9,916 nucleotides of DNA from Octopus sinensis. Its lineage: Eukaryota. Position 1 is the first letter of the stretch. The number at the start of each line of letters is the position of its first letter. Location: assembly GCF_006345805.1 (NCBI RefSeq), contig NW_021827795.1, positions 1 to 9,916 on the forward strand, read 5' to 3'. The position numbers were made by a program, and so were the translations under genes. Positions 6,865 to 9,916 of the stretch are shown piece after piece. Below the pieces are notes generated by a model, which was given only the letters and a program-made list of their open reading frames with translations, made no database searches and was not told the DNA's origin.

Positions 6865-7250
6865 TATATTTATATATATATATATTTATATATATATATA
6901 TTTATATATATATATATGTATACATGTAGATATATAGTATGTATGTATACATGTATGTATATATAAGTATACTATTTAATAAGTATATATATATATATAC
7001 ATATGTATATATACATATATATTTATATATACATATGTATACATGTAGATATATATATGTGTGTATGTATACATGTATGTATATATAAGTATACTATTTA
7101 ATAAGTATATATATATATATACATATGTATATAAATATGTATATATATACACACACATATATATATATGTTTGTATATATATATATGTATATATATGTAC
7201 ATATATATATATATGTTATATATATGTATAGATATATGTATATATTTACA
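6711..7250. repeat. Compound (AT)n/(ATAC)n low-complexity tract with an internal 122-bp duplication
   Basis: The marker aagtatactatttaataagtat occurs at 6965 and 7087. Confidence 0.9.
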
Positions 7251-7335
7251 TACCTGTATGCATGTGTTTATATTTGTCTGTATGGTGGTGCACAGCTGTG
7301 TGCGTGTGTTCTTTATGTGCTTTTGCTGCATTATG

Positions 7336-7462
7336 TAATAATAATAATAATAATAATAATAATATGATAATAATAATTAAAATAATAATAATAATAATAA
7401 AATAATAATAATAATAATAATAATAAAATAATAATAATAATAATAATGATAATAATAATAAC

Positions 7463-7496
<34 letters not shown>

Positions 7497-7562
7497 TAAT
7501 AATATAAAAATAATAATAATAAAAAAATATAATGATAATAATAATATAAAAATAATAATAAT
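7336..7562 (+). repeat. Degenerate (AAT)n microsatellite
   Basis: Directly visible. Confidence 0.95.
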
Positions 7563-7875
7563 ATTTCTGTCTATAGTACCATATGGTAAATTATACAGAT
7601 CATTATTATTAACGCCGTCTCCTAAAAGTAGACAGGAGTTTCGGATTCGCATTTGCTACAAAAACCTGCTAAATAACATCTGTTTGTTCTTTTCCTTCGT
7701 GTTTCTCTTTAAATGACTTTGGAAATTTTTAGAGGCAAAATATACGACATTTTCTTTCCAAAACACTGACAGCAACTATATATTGACTTTATGCCCAATT
7801 ATGGAAAGGATGGTGCCAGTAAGTGCTGCCAACTGTCACAGTCGTACCATTTTTATAAAAGTGAGCATACAATGC

Positions 7876-7982
7876 TGTGTGGTTATGGAATTTGTTTTTC
7901 TTGCATCCAGTTAATGCGAGTTCAGTCCCAGATTGCGGAACCATGACCATGTGTCTTCTACGATAGCCCGGTTGGCCTTGTA
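7876..7982 (+). mobile_element. Degenerate SINE 5' head
   Basis: B-box-like gagttcagtccc at 7918-29, then atgtgtcttctacgatagccc and a TG-rich tract. It resembles an abundant cephalopod SINE as I recall it (not database-verified). Confidence 0.45.
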
Positions 7983-8063
7983 TGTTTGTGCGTGCGTGTA
8001 TGTCTGTGTATGCGCATGTGTTTATGATTGTGTTTATCTTTTACTTGTTTTAACCATTAAATT

Positions 8064-8220
8064 ACGGCCATGTTGGAGCACCGCTTTGAAGAACGAATCG
8101 ACCTCATTTTTTTAGGCCTGCTACTTATTCTAAAGCCTAGTACTTATTCCATCGGTCTCTTTTGCCGAGATGCTAGGTTCGGAGATATAAACACACCAAC
8201 ACCGGTTGTCTAGTGATGGT
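8064..8220 (-). mobile_element. SINE 3' half (reverse orientation)
   Basis: Reverse strand reads gacaaccggtgttggtgtgtttat...ggcaaaagagaccgatggaataagtactaggctt...gcggtgctccaacatggccgt. It resembles the 3' body of a common cephalopod SINE (recall only) and runs into a microsatellite at 8221. Confidence 0.55.
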
Positions 8221-8308
8221 TATACACACGCACACACATGTATACATACATGCATACATACATACAGATATGCACATATATAAGTATACATATATAAATA
8301 TTTATATG

Positions 8309-8364
<56 letters not shown>

Positions 8365-8456
8365 CATACATATAAATATATTTATGTATGTATATGTATC
8401 TATATATATATGTATATATGTATGTATGTATGTATGTATATATATATATAATATAT

Positions 8457-8501
<45 letters not shown>

Positions 8502-8556
8502 TGTGTGTGTGTGTGTGTATCTATGGATGTATGTATATACATATATATATATAGTT
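8221..8556. repeat. Compound (AC)/(AT)/(ATGT)/(TG) microsatellite
   Basis: Directly visible. Confidence 0.93.
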
Positions 8557-8624
8557 ATGCTAACCTCTGCTAAGAACGTAGTGTAGCACAGTATGAAGTT
8601 CGTCCATCTTCACATTGTTATCCG

Positions 8625-8677
<53 letters not shown>
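8625..8677 (+). repeat. (GTA)n microsatellite
   Basis: Perfect trinucleotide run. Confidence 0.97.
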
Positions 8678-8678
<1 letters not shown>

Positions 8679-9570
8679 TTATACGTACTTCCAAGTTTGC
8701 GTTTGGGCTTCTATCGTGTGTGAATATATAATTGAAAAATTGGAGTATGTACGTATGGATGGATGGAAACAACGGACTTTACATTGCGGTGGAATCGTTT
8801 CAACCTACTAAAATGGTTATATTTGGTTTTCTTATATCATTTTTTATCTCTAAAAGACACTGTGTACAACGAATCAGCGAAAAGATTCGTCACACTTCTA
8901 TAACTTGGTCAATGACACAGTTCTACTATTCTCTTGGAAATTATTTCCTGGAGAAATTTTACAAGGCTCGGAGAGCAGTTCGTTCTTTTAATTAATAATT
9001 TACGGTTATTTTCCTAATTAGATTTTTGTTAGGTTTAAACATGAGAGCTGCAGGTGTCACTTTGATAAGATTTGGTTCCTTTATACTTGCCATTTTCTTT
9101 TTTTTCTTTTTTGTGTGTGAGTAAATGATTTTATTTTAAAATATTATACGTAGTTGTTACATGCGAGGTAGTGAGACCACTTGAAAGCCAGGCGAAGGCG
9201 AAAATAAAACAAAAAAATAAAGGTAGGAGAAACAGTAGCATCAACAATTCCTTTAAAATAAAACGATAAGAAGATCAAGCTTATTCTGGTTCGAGTATTA
9301 CATGAGGGAAACTGTTAGGTTTTCAATCTGTGCAAAGGTTTGACAGGAAACAATAATGTGGATTCATAAATTTTGTCGATGAAAAATCCCAAAATTTTAA
9401 CTCTTTTATATGCAAAAGGAGAACTGTCTTGAGTATAAAATTGAAAAGAAAAATTACAAATATAAATATAGAATCTTTAAACTAAAAAGGAGACGGATTG
9501 ACCTGGATTAGAGGGGTATGTCATTAATGTAGTCGAATATGCCGACGAAAGGACTTTCACTAGACCTTCT

Positions 9571-9588
9571 GATTGATTGATTGATTGA
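9571..9588 (+). repeat. Short (GATT)n tetranucleotide repeat
   Basis: gattgattgattgattga. Confidence 0.8.
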
Positions 9589-9916
9589 CTGGACCAAAAA
9601 ATAATCAAACAATCGATTAGTTAACTGGTAAAATGGTTAACGCATTGACTAATACAGATAAAAGAAGTGAAATAGAACCTGCTCGTGTGTTTATTATTGA
9701 CATAATGATCCACCCGAGATACATATAATCTGCTTCAATGCAGGATTTTATATCATGACTCTTGCAAATCAAAAGGCAAAACATATTAAAAGAGATAATT
9801 TGAGGAATAAAAATTATATTAATTACTACGCAAAACCTAAAGAAGAAAGCAGGTAATTAAGAGAATAAGGGGAAAAAGAAGAACAAGAGAAGGATATCCA
9901 GGAACGTTTAAAAATC

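Noticed and set aside
6675-7652. Multiple overlapping ORFs rich in I/Y/L
   Set aside because: Translations of (AT)n and (AAT)n tracts that lack stops in some frames.
8732-8995. 87-aa ORF in non-repetitive sequence
   Set aside because: No recognisable domain on either strand, and its length is compatible with chance. BLASTX or RNA-seq evidence would be required.

Overview
AT-rich eukaryotic (animal) DNA made of repeats and microsatellites, with no supportable host gene. The repeat families resemble those I recall from octopus/cephalopod genomes, but that is an unverified inference. The main novelty is a ~479-bp non-coding unit repeated about 3.6 times at 367-2084. It forms a fold-back, with a minus-sense block (367-1074) followed by a plus-sense block (1076-2084), and sits inside an (AT)n microsatellite. 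Each full unit carries a type I hammerhead ribozyme fold (637-684 on -, 1411-1458 and 1890-1937 on +), so the array looks like a retrozyme / circular-RNA element with a predicted 479-nt monomer. Downstream is a decayed Penelope-like element: an inverted terminal tail, a GIY-YIG C-terminus, and a 3' end with its own minimal hammerhead at 5735-5780. It appears to be split by a ~2.5-kb stack of co-oriented insertions in its (AAT)n tract, namely three R4/Dong-like non-LTR retrotransposon fragments and two copies of a ~540-bp unclassified element. The remainder is tRNA-derived SINE pieces and long microsatellites. Almost all ORFs in the supplied track are microsatellite artefacts.
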